The notes under the pieces: generated by a model
The model's input: only the letters and a program-made list of their open reading frames with translations
Database searches by the model: none
What the model was told of the DNA's origin: nothing
Assembly: GCA_951406725.2 (NCBI GenBank)
Contig: OX597819.1
Coordinates: 114,514,001-114,578,000, forward strand
Direction: 5' to 3'
Length of the DNA stretch: 64,000 nucleotides
Origin: Octopus vulgaris
Taxonomy: Eukaryota
Made by a program: the position numbers and the translations under genes
In this document: in pieces, positions 27,954 through 41,612 of the stretch
How the letters are laid out: the number at the start of each line of letters is the position of its first letter
Numbering within the stretch: the stretch's first letter is position 1

Positions 27954-29463
27954 CGAATCTTCTTCTCACCCTCATGTGCACTGGGGTTTATATAATGAAC
28001 AATACTTTTGAAAGCAGTGCTACAGTATGGCCACAGCCAAGTGACTCAAGTAGAAGAATGAAACGAATGAGTTTAACAGTTAAATCTCAATTAGTATTCT
28101 AATTGAAATCCTTAACCCAAATGCACACAAGCTTCCTCATAACACTACATAGTCATACAACCTATTCTCAGCTCATTCCTTTACAATTACTTCAAATTCT
28201 CTAATTCATTATGTGCTTCATTGTCATGTAGTAACAGTCTTTATACACACATCCCATATAATCTGGGTTTTTTGTTCAACCAGAAAAATCTTTTGTTACC
28301 TCTACCACATTATATGTTACACTTTAGTGGTCATGTTTGTTGGTAATTTCCCAATTAATAAAATGCTCACGCTGTTAATTATGTAGATATTTCTTTATTA
28401 TTTTAGTTCATCAGTGTTTGCTACTGTAACTGCCATAGAGATCAATGAGTATGTCAGATATCAATGGGTAGGTTGTAAAGATCAGTTGTTAGGTCAGAAA
28501 AATGTGATGAAAAGCTGAAAATAACATTATGTAAAATAATGATTTCTTGCAAAGGTACAAGATCTCAAACTTTTCGAAGTAAGAAACTGGATTATATCAA
28601 CCTCAATACTTGAATAATAATTATTTTACTGGCCCTGGCAAGATGAAGGTAAAGTTGATCACGGTGAGATTTGAACTCAGATTGTAAAACAATATAACAA
28701 ACTACTAGAATCTACTGATTCTACCAATCCACCACCACCTTATTAATTAAAATAAACCTGCTTTTATGAATAACAAACTAATGCAACTCTACTGAAATAC
28801 AATATCTGTTTTCATGCTATTTGTGATCAAATCTTATAACAAAAATAAATTATAGAAACACTTTGTGTGTATAGGTGTATACACACACACATGTTTCGTA
28901 TATCATCATCATCATTTTTATCATACATCTGTCTTCCATGCCGGTATGGGTTGGATGGTTTGAAAGGAACTGGTAAGCCAGAGAACTGTACCAAGCTCCA
29001 CTGTCTGCTTTTTTATGACTGGATGCCCTTCCAAATGGCAGCCACTTTACAGATTGGACTGGGTGTTTTTTATATAGCACCAATATCAGTGAAGTCACTG
29101 AGTAACTTGCAAGACAAAGATCCCGCAACGGAAATGGAAGGTGATATTGAGGGAGGTGGTTTTATGCCAGGTGATGAGAGGTTAAAGTAGGAGAGGGATA
29201 AAAACAGGTGTCTAGCTGTAGAGAAGATACATGCTTACCTCAGTTGGAGGAAAGTGAGATGAGAAAGAGAGAGAGAGTAAGAGAGAGCAAGAGAGATGGT
29301 GACAATGTGCCAGGACATACTCTCAAGGTACAAGGACATTAATATAAATGGAATGGTAAAGGACTGCCCAGGGTGCATGAGCAGGGAGTTCAGGAAAGTG
29401 CAAAGGGAAAGAGGGGAGAGAAAGGGGGAATGCAGTGAGTGGTGAAACATGAGTATATGGGAT

Positions 29464-29881
29464 CTTCTTGTCTTGAGACAGCATTCACCCGGGGTGGGTT
29501 GAGCTGGCTTCATTCATCCTCAATGCTGCATCTCCCACAAACGCTGACCAGACCTGGGGATTTGAGGGCTAATGACTGTGTGATCTCCAACCACTCCTTA
29601 TTCCAGCGGCGAATGCCGTAGATATGGGGGCCTAGGTTGAGTTCCAGATCAGCCTTGACTGTCATCAGCCAGGTTTTTCGTTGTCCACCACATCGCTTTT
29701 GCCAACCCTGAAGGGGAGCTGGGGCAATTGCTTCGTAGATGAATCCTCCTGGTTGACGACGGAAGGCATGACCCAGCCAATGCAGACGGCTCCTTAGGAT
29801 GGCTTGTCGGAGGGAGGTGATTGGCAACCAATGCGCCAATGGTGAAAGACTCGTCAATTTCGCTGCTGCAAATCATCTTAC
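29464..29881 (-). mobile_element. RTE-clade LINE insertion with 5' inversion and 14-bp TSD
   Basis: Minus strand: RLHWLGHAFRR...KRCGGQRKTW. Plus strand 29817-29881: NQCANGERLVNFAAANHL (APE domain). TSD tgagtatatgggat at 29450-29463 and 29882-29895. Confidence 0.85.
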
Positions 29882-30298
29882 TGAGTATATGGGATGGGGT
29901 GACATGATAGCAATGATACAATTGGCAGGGAGAAGACAGGGAAGAGAGATGACAGAGTGGTGTTGGGCTGCTGGAGTGGGGAGCGAGAGATAAGCATAGA
30001 GCATATGTCATCTAAGAATCCATAAATCAGAAAATAATAGAAACTCATATGTTTGTCTAACGAGTGGGTATATAAATCAAAGTATACAGTATTATAGATT
30101 CATTACAGCCAATCTTATAAATCAATATCATACTGGATATTAGGTAAACAAACAATTACCTAATAAAGTATGCTTATCAGAGATGGTGGGTATAGAAAAA
30201 ATGGCAACTGCTCTCTGTTATATATAAACTGATGCATGCCTTTAAGTGTTATCAAACTTGAATGATTAGTTTTGATTATCAATAAATTAAACACTTAC

Positions 30299-30615
30299 CA
30301 ACGATTGAAAAGAAAGTTTAGCCATTCAGCTGTCTCATTTTGACGTAATGCACGTTTCCTGTGCACAGCAAGTTGTTCCAAGCTGGATATCTTACGTATC
30401 AGGTTAAACAGTTTAGTTTTCCAAATGCTAAACAGAATTCCAATTAGACCCAACGTCCATATAAAGGAAAAACCAAATGCACCAAGTAGCCAGGCGATGG
30501 CCACAATACTGGCCACAAACAGGTAAAAATAACCCATATCTCGATTTAGTCTTTGGGTTTGCAGTTGCTCTTCAGGTGAAATCTTATTTTTCTCCTTGAA
30601 TTTAAGGGGGCACAT
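30299..30615 (-). CDS. First coding exon of an extended-synaptotagmin/tricalbin-like (TM hairpin + SMP domain) gene; the exon including 5'UTR spans 30299-30821
   Basis: ATG at 30615 (MCPLKFK...). Hydrophobic hairpin YFYLFVASIVAIAWLLGAFGFSFIWTLGLIGILFSIW is followed by NETAEWLNFLFNRW, matching the E-x-x-EWLN start of SMP domains in E-Syt/tricalbins. Phase-2 donor TG|gtaagt at 30298. Acceptor ctctttttttattttgtag| at 30822. Downstream exons not found in the window. Confidence 0.75.
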
Positions 30616-30870
30616 TTTCGCTTTTTTTTTTTTTATTACAGTGAAAGAAAATGGGAAAAGTTTTGGTTCTTTTACTGTTATTTTTTTGTTTTGGTTTTTT
30701 TTTAACACAACTTTTTATCACAGAAAGACTAAATCAATTTCAGGGTGGATAGGTAAATTGCATTAGAGTAAAGTGCAGCTTTCATGTCCAATGACTGAAT
30801 TTTGACAAATATCTGCAGCATCTACAAAATAAAAAAAGAGTTTTTTCAGATGTGACAATATTGTATTAAA

Positions 30871-31090
30871 ACATAACATTGCATTAGGTATGATAATGTT
30901 GCATTAGAAATGATAATGTTGCATTTGAAATGATAATGTTGCATTAGAAATGATAACGTTGCATTAGAAATGATAACGTTGCATTAGAAATTATAACGTT
31001 GCATTAGAAAGGATAATGTTGCATTTGAAATGATAACATTACATTTGAAATGATAACATTGCATTTGAAATGATAATGTTGCATTAGACA
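30871..31090. repeat. 20-bp minisatellite, ~11 copies (tgataatgttgcattagaaa)
   Basis: Directly visible tandem array. Confidence 0.95.
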
Positions 31091-34000
31091 CAATAACAAA
31101 ACAAACAATGAGATCATTGTATGCAGGGCAGAAATGGATTACAACTCACCAGGAAAGAGTAAAGAGGAGACAGAATGCAGCAATAAGAAGTCAGAAAAGT
31201 GAATAGTGAAAGAGCCATAAAAAGTAATGAGTGTATAGGTACATAAAGAGTAGTGTTTGCAAATTTCAGTAACCAAATCATTTTTGGAGGATACAGTGCC
31301 ATGACAGCTAACAACCAATGCAGGTAATTTATGCTATGCTTCAAATATTCTGAACATTAAAAATTGTTTTTGAAAGCCATGGGTGCTGTGCTGTGTTTTG
31401 TTTTATAAGCATGTCCACAAATGGAAGAAAGATTGAACTTTAAAAGGTGGCTAAAGTTATTGTAAAGATGGTAGATAATGTTGAGAGTTTCTACCAAGTC
31501 AGCACCTAGATGTTAAAGATTTAGTGTGTCTATGCCCTGAGAAGTTATTCAAGATATGGTAGTTGACTGAAACAGGGTATTTATGTGGTTGCACATCTCT
31601 GGACGGCTTCCAACAGACTGATATTCTGAACAAGATGGGAAGTCAAGATGATGTCAGGACAAAATCCCTGCTGAGGACAAAATCCTACGGGACAAATTTT
31701 AAACATAAATATCAACTAATAAATATTTAAAACTTTTTTTATAAAATATTACTTTCTAAAAATATTTTATTGTAAGGAAAGAACAATATCCCAGGGAATA
31801 TTGACTGTTGAGGGATTTTTTCAGGGGGAATTTTGTTGGGGGGGGGGTGATTTTGTCCTTGGTGGGGAATACTTTCTAGACAGATGGAAACTGTAAGTGT
31901 GGATTTACCATAGCTATTTATAAGCCTTAACCCTTTAGCATTTAAACTGACCATATCCAGCTCAAGTATTCTACCTGTTATGTGTTCAAATACACCAGAT
32001 TTGGCCTTTCACACTACTCTTCAATGTCATTCTAATTATGAATTGTAGATATAATTGTTAATAAATTAAATTGTTGACTAAGATTAGCTCTCAAAATGCC
32101 ACCAAATGGAAATTGGGGTAGAATACCTCCAGAAGCATGTTTTTATATATAGCTAGAGTATTAAGAATGCCTATAAAGAATGAACTCAGCCCTGCAAAAT
32201 AACTAAACATTTACTAATTATACTATGCTTGACTGCTTACAATATGAGGCATTTCAAATCTATGTTAGAAAAACTAACAGTATTTACTAGAATGATTTTA
32301 AAAATATTAGTCATTGAGCTAAAGCTGTCCTTTCTTCACTGCAAAAATATTTCTAATTAGCATTAAATATATTTACACAGACTCAACTAATGTTTTATGC
32401 AGATGGTGTGTCTGAATAATATCTCACACTAAATGTTTACAATAATGTACATCTGCTTAGTGATTTTCTCGTCACTACTTTGGTATATACAGTTAAGTTT
32501 ATGCTTTGCTGTGGGGTTCTAATAAGACTAAAACATATTCAGAGTTTTTGCTATATACTAACTGTTATAATTGATAGGAGCACTTGACTAACACTTTCTT
32601 TGTCTCACTTATAAATAGCTATGGTACATCCACACTTACAGTTTGCATCTGTCTAGAAAGTACTACAACAAAATTCTCCTGAGGACAAAATCCACCCCAA
32701 ACAAAATACCCCCTGGACAATATCTCTCAGCACTCAATATCTTCTAGGATATTGTTCATTCTTTACAATAAAAATAATTAGCCTTTTAATACTATCCGCA
32801 TAAAATATACAAGTACTAACTTAACTTTTGTGTACTTAGGCCAAAGACAGTACAGTTTTGCTGATATGAAATGAACTGACAGTGTTCTGGTCTACAGTTA
32901 GCAGACTGTCAACTTGGCCTGTTATAAGTCTTCACTGATAGACAGAGAGATAAGGTGACTTGATATATCTTGGAGGAAAGAGGAAGGCTGTTTTGATCTC
33001 AAGTTATTATGACACAGGATACTTATATTTACAAATGTATTTTGAAACCAAACTAAGGCTAACAAATATTTTTTGATCGTTTTTATTTAAGAAAAAAAAA
33101 AAGATTTATAAGATAAATATAAACTAATTGTGAAGTATATTTGCCACTTAAATGTGGCTAACCACTAAGGGTGGTTAATCTCGTTCAGAGATTTATTATT
33201 GCTTATAAACTAATTCTAAATTGTAATAATTATTTCCTCACTGTCATCATAATTTTACCATTATAATATCAAGTAATAGAGCATACAATACTGGATTTAA
33301 TACATAGAAGCATTAAGTCGGCAAGTTGGCAGAAGCATTAAGCATGCTTGGCAAAATGCTTTGTGTCTCTATGTTCTGAGTTCAAATTTTGCTGAGGTCA
33401 ACTTTACCTTGATCCTTTCAGGGTCAATAAAGTAAGTACCTGTTGAGCACAGGAGTTGGATGTAATCGACTTAATCATACTCTGAAATTATTAGCCTTGT
33501 GCCAAAATGTGAAATCAATATTTAGAAGCATTCCTTTAAGTTCTGAGTTCAAATTCCACCAAGTTCAAAATTTGACTTTCATCCTTACATTGTCAATAAA
33601 AATAAGCATCAATGAACTAATGAGTTCAAGGCTGATATGTATTCTTAATATTCTAGCTATCAGTTAAAATCAGTTTCTGGAGATATCTGACCCAATTTTG
33701 ATTTGAAGGCATTTTTAGTCTCAATTTTAGTTAAGTATTTAATTTGTGAGCTATTATTCCTACAATTTATATACTGCTGCTATGATATCTGTCTTGCTTT
33801 TAACAACCACTTAGTTACAGTATTATAACAGAGGTCTTTTATACTTCTCATCCTTTTTTTGTACCTTGTTTTCAGTTCTAGTATACTCGTGTGTTGCAAT
33901 GCCAGTGATTTTGTCCAATCTTTCTATCTTATCTTTCCCAACACTATCTAGTCTACATATGGCCAGCCTAAATGCTGAAATTCCCAGACATACCTTTAAA

Positions 34001-37000
34001 TTCAGTTATTTGTAGGATCAGTCTAATTGAGTGTATCTTCCTCTAAAAGTTTTAGCCTTATACTAATCTTAACAACAGTGATTATCACTATTATATTGTC
34101 TTACACCCTGTGTGTACATATGTTTTTTCTCAAATCATGTTATAATCAGCTTTGAATAAGGCTATGTTCCCACAGTATATAGATATGCAATACTTTTACC
34201 TACTTTCAGTTGCATGTTTGTATGTGTTTATTTTTTGTGTGTACTAAGCAATGGGTGGAAATGGTAGTGATTGTTGTTTAGTCGAAGGTCAACTGTGATC
34301 AAGCAAAAGCATTCTAGCATGACCATTTTTTTTCCTTTTCAGCATGTTTATACTGCATTATTCAATGTGTCTTTCCTTTTGTGATTTGAGGGAAATGTGA
34401 CTGCTATTTCAAGCAGGCCAAATGATCATACAGAGGATACCTTGTTGACTCTTATTAGATGTGTGTTGTATGTGTATATTGTGTTGAAATTATTATTTTG
34501 TTTTTTTTTAGCCCTAACTCAGCCTTGATCAAGCAGAACTATAATGAAAAGCATTTCAATCATCATCAGGCTATTATTGTCTCCAGAGGGAAATTTGGCT
34601 GTTATTCTAAGCAGGTTGAGAGATGTCAAAGAGGTTACCCCTTTGGTGCAAGGTAGAAATGGTAATATACAAATATGTGTTGTTTAGTTTTGTCATTAGT
34701 TCTATGTACAAAAATGTTGTCATTAGTTCTATGTATAAAAATTCGTAGAGCAGCAAACAAATTCAAGGGCCAATGTTAGAAACATCATTATCATTGGCAG
34801 AATCATTAGAGCAATGAAAAAATGCCTTAAAATATTTCTTTTGAATCTTTATCTCCCAAGTTCAAATAATGCCAAAGTCAACTTTGCCTTTCATCTCCCC
34901 AGGTCAATAATATAAAGTACTAATCAAGTACTAGGGTCAATGTACTGACAACCCCCATCCCCTGCCCACTACCATAAAATTGCTGGGTTTTGTGTCTATG
35001 TTAGAAACAAGCATTAGAGAGCAGCGAAATAGCTGACCTGACAGTGTACTAAAATATAATACCTTGCAGTGTTTAAATCATCCCTTTACTTTTTAAGTTA
35101 AAACCCTACCATGGCTGACTTTGCCTTTCTATACCTCTGAGGTTGATGACATAAATACTAGTTAAGTGCTGGGATCAAATTAATTGACTGTATTTTTTTT
35201 CAAAAATATGTGGCCTTGTACCTGTGTTAGATATTATTGATCTTACCATTACATTATGTTGACTAGCATCAAGGTAAACTACCTGTAAGGTTTATTGATG
35301 TTGTTCCCCCAAGAGAAATTCAATGTTGTCATTCAAGTGGAAGTTGTACAATGGCTCATACTCAGATTGGTTTTGTAGTTGAAATATCTGGGGAAGAAGT
35401 TGCATAAGGACTGTGCCTTGGGCAAGTTTGATGAAGCGATCTTTATTCCCTTCAGAATAAAGTTCCATAAAGAAAATACTGCTCCACTGAAACCAGAAAT
35501 TTATAGTCAACTGATTCTATATCAAAATCTTATCAGCACTTATTTTGTCAAACTTAAAGACATTAAAGGTAGATTTGATCCAGCAAAGATTAGAAACCAA
35601 AACAGCTGGATATCTAACGAGATAAAATATAGCAACAAAGGAGGTTGACTTTTACATGTCTGCATGACCTGCAGGAAATAGCAATTAAATCTCCCTTGAA
35701 TTATGCTCTACTGTCTTAAAAAGGAAAAGAGATACAAATAGCTAAGACAATGTACATTTGGTTACATTAAACCATAAACAAAAATAAAAGGATCACAGCT
35801 GAATGACTGAACAATAGGTCTGCTTGATCAGGAATCATTTGGACTAAGCAACTACAATGTTATAGCAAGTTCGGCATTAAATCTTGGTTACCTTTATTGT
35901 CTTTTTAACTGCAGCAGGCAAAAGGCATGAAGTTTTGGAGAAGAGAATAGTGGATTGTATTGCCTTTAGTATTTGACTTTTTATTGATCCTGGAGAAATG
36001 AAAGGCAAAGATGACTCAAGTTGGATTTCATTCAGAACATAAAAAGGTGGTTTATCTGCTACAAACGATTCTGCCAATTCAGATCCTTATAATGATAGTT
36101 CTGTCATTATGAACTCAAATCACACATGTGGAGTTCAGTTCCCAGCTAAAAAAAACTGTATTTTATTTATGCTGCTAATTCCTTTGGGGAAAGTAATGAA
36201 CCCTGCAATCTCTTATTTCCTTGCAATTCCAGAATTTTTTTTTTTTTTCAAATTATCTTCTCGACGTTGAATCTAGTGTAGGACCTCCCAGTTTTAAATT
36301 AAAATTTTACTAGATTCAATAATATAGGGACTCGTAATAATCTGGTGTCTATACTTATAAAATTGGTTTTGTGCTTTCATCAAAAGAAATCCTTATAACC
36401 ATTTGTGTGTGCATGTTATGATCGTAAAATATATGTATAGGTGCATATAGATTTCCCTGTGTGTGTGTGTGTCTAAAACAGCAATAAACACAAAATAATT
36501 TCTCGTGTCTAGAACATGGCCACATTTTACAAACCTGGTACATTCAATCGAATCAACGCTAGGACATAACTGGTACTTATTTAAGCGCTCTGAGGAGCAA
36601 AACCAAATATAAAGAATTAATCAAGCATTCTACCATTGTTCACCCCCTCATCGTCAAATTTATTGAGAATGATCGATTCAGTGAGCTCCAGCATTTGACT
36701 GGCATCTATTGTATCACTGGCGGGATTTGAACTCAAGATGTAAAAAGACGCGACTAAATACCGCAAAGTATTTTGCCCACTGCTCAACAGATTCTGCAGA
36801 TTCACATGATTTCTAACATTGGCAAAAAGCCAAAGCAAGAAAATCATGTGCAATTTTGCAGAGAGGCTATGGTCAGTTACAGTGGGCCCAGTTCATAATT
36901 GACACTTATTTTCTTAATCCCGGAAGGATAAAAGGCTTAAGTGGACCCAGGCGGGATCTGAACGTAGAATGTAAAGTAACGTAATAAAATACTGCAAAAT

Positions 37001-37884
37001 ATTTTATCCTGTATTTAACAAATTCTGTTATGAAAATGTCTGAATGGAGGAAGGAAGAAATAATCATTCTTAAAAAACATCGATCAGTAGTGGGTTTACA
37101 ACATACGTTTCTATACATAGTACACACGCGCGTACTCCGACATCACGCCTACATGATAGCCGAGGGTTACACGCACGGGCGTGTACAGAGTATGCAGACA
37201 GTAAACAAACATTCATTACTTAATTACTCTGAGTAATTAAGCTCTGATTTATTTATTTTTCTTAGTACATTATTGGGGTTAGGATGTGATATTGCAATAT
37301 CACGAGGAACAAACACGCTGAAAAATATGTTATTGCTGTTGTTTAATACCAGGCCAAGCTCAATCGAGCAGCCTTATGACTGAAGGCATCCCAGCTGTGA
37401 CAATCCAGCTGTTTGGAGGATATGTAGTAGTACTAAACAATGTGTTCGCTATGTATTTGAGATGTTAGGTGTAATGTGAGTGAGATTTGACCGCTATTTC
37501 TAGCAAGTTGGGCGATCGAGTTAGGGGTTACCGATATAAACAGTTCGGTAGCAACAAACATGCAGACAAAAATGACAGGTGGATATAAATGGAGACATTA
37601 CATGCAGGTGAATATAGGTGGAGACATTACATACAGGTGGACATTATAAACAAGAGACAAACTAAGACAGGCATCGACAAATAAACAGGTGTGTGTATGT
37701 AATATATATATATATATATATCACGATCTCAGACCAAGTCACTCGCTATGCAAGTACATCTCCGTAAGATATATATATATGTATGTGTGTGTGTGTGTGT
37801 ACACACACACACACAATGATTGATTGAAATAGATAGATATGCTGATTTAAATAGGCATGCTGGTAAAGATATTATAAATAGATG

Positions 37885-38090
<206 letters not shown>

Positions 38091-38787
38091 GGTTAGGCAT
38101 TTAGGTAAATAGACATGTAAATAAATTTGAAGATGGCTAAGTAAAAAAAAAAACGGGAGAAATAGAACTCATTATATAAAGCATAGTATTTCGATTTTAT
38201 CGGAGTTGCAGTGACTCAAAGGCCTAGAATATCGTACCAATGCCCTCATCAAACTATTCCTAGTTTCATATCACTTTTTCATTACCACGATTTAGAAAAA
38301 GAAAAAAAAGTATGCTAACATGAAAAATTAGGTGTAAACATTACCTGCTCTCATTATTACTAACTCTATGTACTGAGTATGTTTTATCTGTGTGTGTGGT
38401 GTGTATATATATATATATGTGTGTGTGTGGTGTGTATATATATATGTGTGTGGTGTGTATATATATATGTATGTGTGGTGTGTGTGTATATATATATGTG
38501 TGTGTGTGTGGTGTGTATATATGTGTGTGCGGTGTATATATATGTGTGTGTGGTGTGTGTATATATATATATATATATATGGCCACAGTAAAATGACTGA
38601 AACGTGTAAAAGAAAAATATATATATATATATATATATACTAACATACATACACGATATATATACATATATATATATGCACACATTAAGAACACATACAT
38701 ACGTACGTACATACACACAAAGTATATACACACACAAGTACAGATAGAAAGAAAGGTAGAGACAGAGAGAGAAATAGAGATACTCAC

Positions 38788-39480
38788 CTCCATATGAGAT
38801 CATGCTTGTTTGTTTGTCAAATGTCTTGTTTGTGTATATATACATATATATATATATATTTATAGTTCAGTCAATTTCAAATGTTCTATTTCCGTCTACT
38901 TCTCACTCTGGTCTTTTATTATTATTATTTTTTCTTTTAATTATTCAGTCAGGTTGCAGAGTAAAACAATCATTTTAAAGATTATTGCAACTAATCCGTC
39001 TCTCAGAGATGGCGCGCATATTCAACTTATGCCGTCTCATGGCTTTGCAAACCTATTTTCTTCTCTTGTTTTGACAACCAGGGGAGGTTTTAATTCATTA
39101 TTCTTCGTCCCACAAAGGTGCTCTCTCCTTCTTTCTTTCTCCTACTTGCTTTATCTCTCTTTTTCCTCTGTATTTATCTGTTCCTCAGGCCGAAGTCTTT
39201 GTGTATGTTGTCTTCATACGGTTTATTTCTATTGTCCACTTCTTAAATCTTCCTTTCTTTCATGTATGTATATATATATATATATTATATATATGTGTGT
39301 GTATATTTGTTATACGGCGGGTAATTGTATAAGATTGCGGTATATATGTATTAAATACATAATACTGTTATACTCATGGTTTGCGCGCACCACAGCTGCA
39401 CTTAAGAGAAGATGCACCTCGACATTGCTTGTTGCCAGCCTGTTGGTTGTGATGTTGCAGGAGAGAGAGAGAGATGAGCA
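38788..39480 (-). other. Probable non-coding first (5'UTR) exon of the E-Syt-like gene
   Basis: Consensus donor GAG|gtgagta at 38787 on the minus strand, upstream of the 30821 acceptor. Lies at the edge of CpG-retaining sequence. The 5' boundary is a guess. Confidence 0.45.
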
Positions 39481-40140
39481 CTTGTATAAAGACAGGAAAA
39501 AAAAGCGACACTGATAAGTGTTATAAATAAAAAAAAATGCAGTACTACACATAAACGATGTTACAGTGACGTTGCCAACGTTATGGAGAGAAAGAGGCGG
39601 AGTAATGAAGAAAGGAAATGAAATGAAAGACTGTGAGGGTGTTAACTGAAAATAGATTCGCACGTAGTTACACACACGGGAGAAGGAAAGCGATGACAAA
39701 ATTTATTGCGGAGACGTTCGATATTAAAGCAGCGTGTGTTGCTTTAGTCGGCTACTATGTTGAACGCGCGTGTCGCTCACTGGTTTATTAGTATCTCCTT
39801 TCTCCGCATATCCCTCATTCATATATTTTTTTCTCTTTCTCTCTCTTTCTCTCTCTTTTCTTACTCTGTCTCTTTCTTTCGGTCGTTCATTGACTTACTA
39901 GCTGAATTTTTCTTTTTATCGCTCTATTTTTTTTTCCTTTTTCTCTCTTTCCTTTCACATCTGCTCACTCCCATAGTTATTTAGTTACCTTCTCTCTTTC
40001 CCTCTTTCACTCTCTCTATCTTCCGTCACATTCCGTCGTAGAACATGAAAACGATAACTGACGACGGCGGTTACGAGAGATCGGAACCCAAATGTGTCGT
40101 CTGCCTCTTTGGTTTCTGTCTGCCTCGTGTTTTAAAGAAG
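39380..40140. promoter_or_regulatory. Putative promoter region (CpG-retaining, non-repetitive)
   Basis: Local CpG enrichment (gcgcgc, acgcgcg, gacgacggcgg) just upstream of the putative first exon; GA/CT tracts. Confidence 0.3.
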
Positions 40141-41287
40141 GCAATGTTGAAAAAAAAAGTGAAATGGTAGATTTCTGATTCATTAGCACATTGGTACTTT
40201 GTGGTCTGAGTTCAAGTCTCGCTGAGATCAACTAGTCATTCATTCTCCATTGTCGATAAAGTACAAATTAAGTACTGGGTTAATTAATATTCCTATAAAG
40301 CATCCTAGAAAGAGTATAAAATTATATTAGAAGATTGCTCTGATTATTATCACAGATTAAGTAGGAATAGTGTTATGGCCAGGATGTTTTGCGGTATTTA
40401 CGTCATTTTACACTTTGAGCTAAAACCCTCTGGGAACGACTTTGCTTTTCATCCTCCCGGAGTCGATAAAAAAATATCGCCGACACCTCTCTCCCAAATA
40501 TGTCGTTCTGTGCGTCCAAACTATCATATTGTCGATTACTGAGTATTTAAATCTAAATGTCAAGATCTACAAAAATGTCAAGGCATATGAATATAGCCGG
40601 CTGTAAAAATAACAAAAGCAAAAGACACTTGTAGAAGTGTTTGCCTTTTCTTTTTTTTTTAATATACAAATGAATGGCACACACATAATGGCGCACGCAT
40701 GCACACACACAAACTGATTCTGGGTTTACACTGGTAGAATTGTAATATAGTGAAAAAGCATTCAATATTGTTTGAATGGAACATTTACTCAAAGCTGAAT
40801 TCGTGTGTGCGAGCGTGCGTTGTATGAGTATTTAGTCATTATACATTGTATGAGCTATTTAGTCATTATACAATATCAATGGCTGAGTATCTCGCTTTGA
40901 GGAAGGAACATTGTACTGTGTAGGTTCATATGCATATAGCTTCTGATATGTATAAAAGAGTTCCAACTTATTGCATTCCTCCCAGTAGAGCATTTTAACT
41001 ATTGTTAAATCACTGTCATTATTGTCTGGGAAATAATAAAGTAACAGCTTCGTTCCTTTGTTTCTAGTTGATTTGTAGACCTTCCAGTCGTGACGTTTAC
41101 AACTATTATATATTCTGTAATTACCGATCTGTTAACACTGGATGACGAGGCTGTCACCGAAACATCCAGATGCCTCGTGAGGTAACTTTTGCCAAATATT
41201 CTATTATTTCTCTGTGTTAGCTTCATCCTGTCTACCTACTGAGCCATTGTACACTTTCAAGTAAGTAATAAAGCATATCGCTTAGAT

Positions 41288-41612
41288 CAGTGGTTCTCAA
41301 CTCGGGTCCTTATGAGATTTTGGGGATCCACACAACGAAATTGTAAATTGGAGACCCACAATAGTATTTTAAGGGTCCCTAAAAAGTTTTGTTTCAGATG
41401 TGTGTATTGGTATATTTTACAAGAAACAACTGGGTTTCTTTCTATAACATTTTACAAGGTTCAACCTGCACAAGGTAATGTGTGAAAAACAAAATAGGAA
41501 TTTTGAAAGAGGTTTCTATAAACTAGCTTTTAAACATCGAGGGGGTCCACCTGAATAAAATAATAATCAGAAGGGCCAATAGATAGGGGGTGGAAATGGT
41601 TGAGAACCCCTG
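41288..41612. mobile_element. hAT (Charlie-like) MITE
   Basis: TIRs cagtggttctcaac / gttgagaacccctg; perfect 8-bp TSD gcttagat. Confidence 0.9.

Noticed and set aside
30871-31090. Regular repeat array superficially like a CRISPR array
   Set aside because: No unique spacers, no cas genes, eukaryotic context; it is a minisatellite.
31655-31880. MITE-like element with ggacaaaatcc subrepeats (partial copy ~32665-32760)
   Set aside because: Inverted ends are plausible, but termini and TSD could not be fixed, so it was not listed as a feature.
38810-39514. 234-aa plus-strand ORF
   Set aside because: No recognisable domain, non-ATG start, includes TA repeats; better explained as antisense to a 5'UTR exon.
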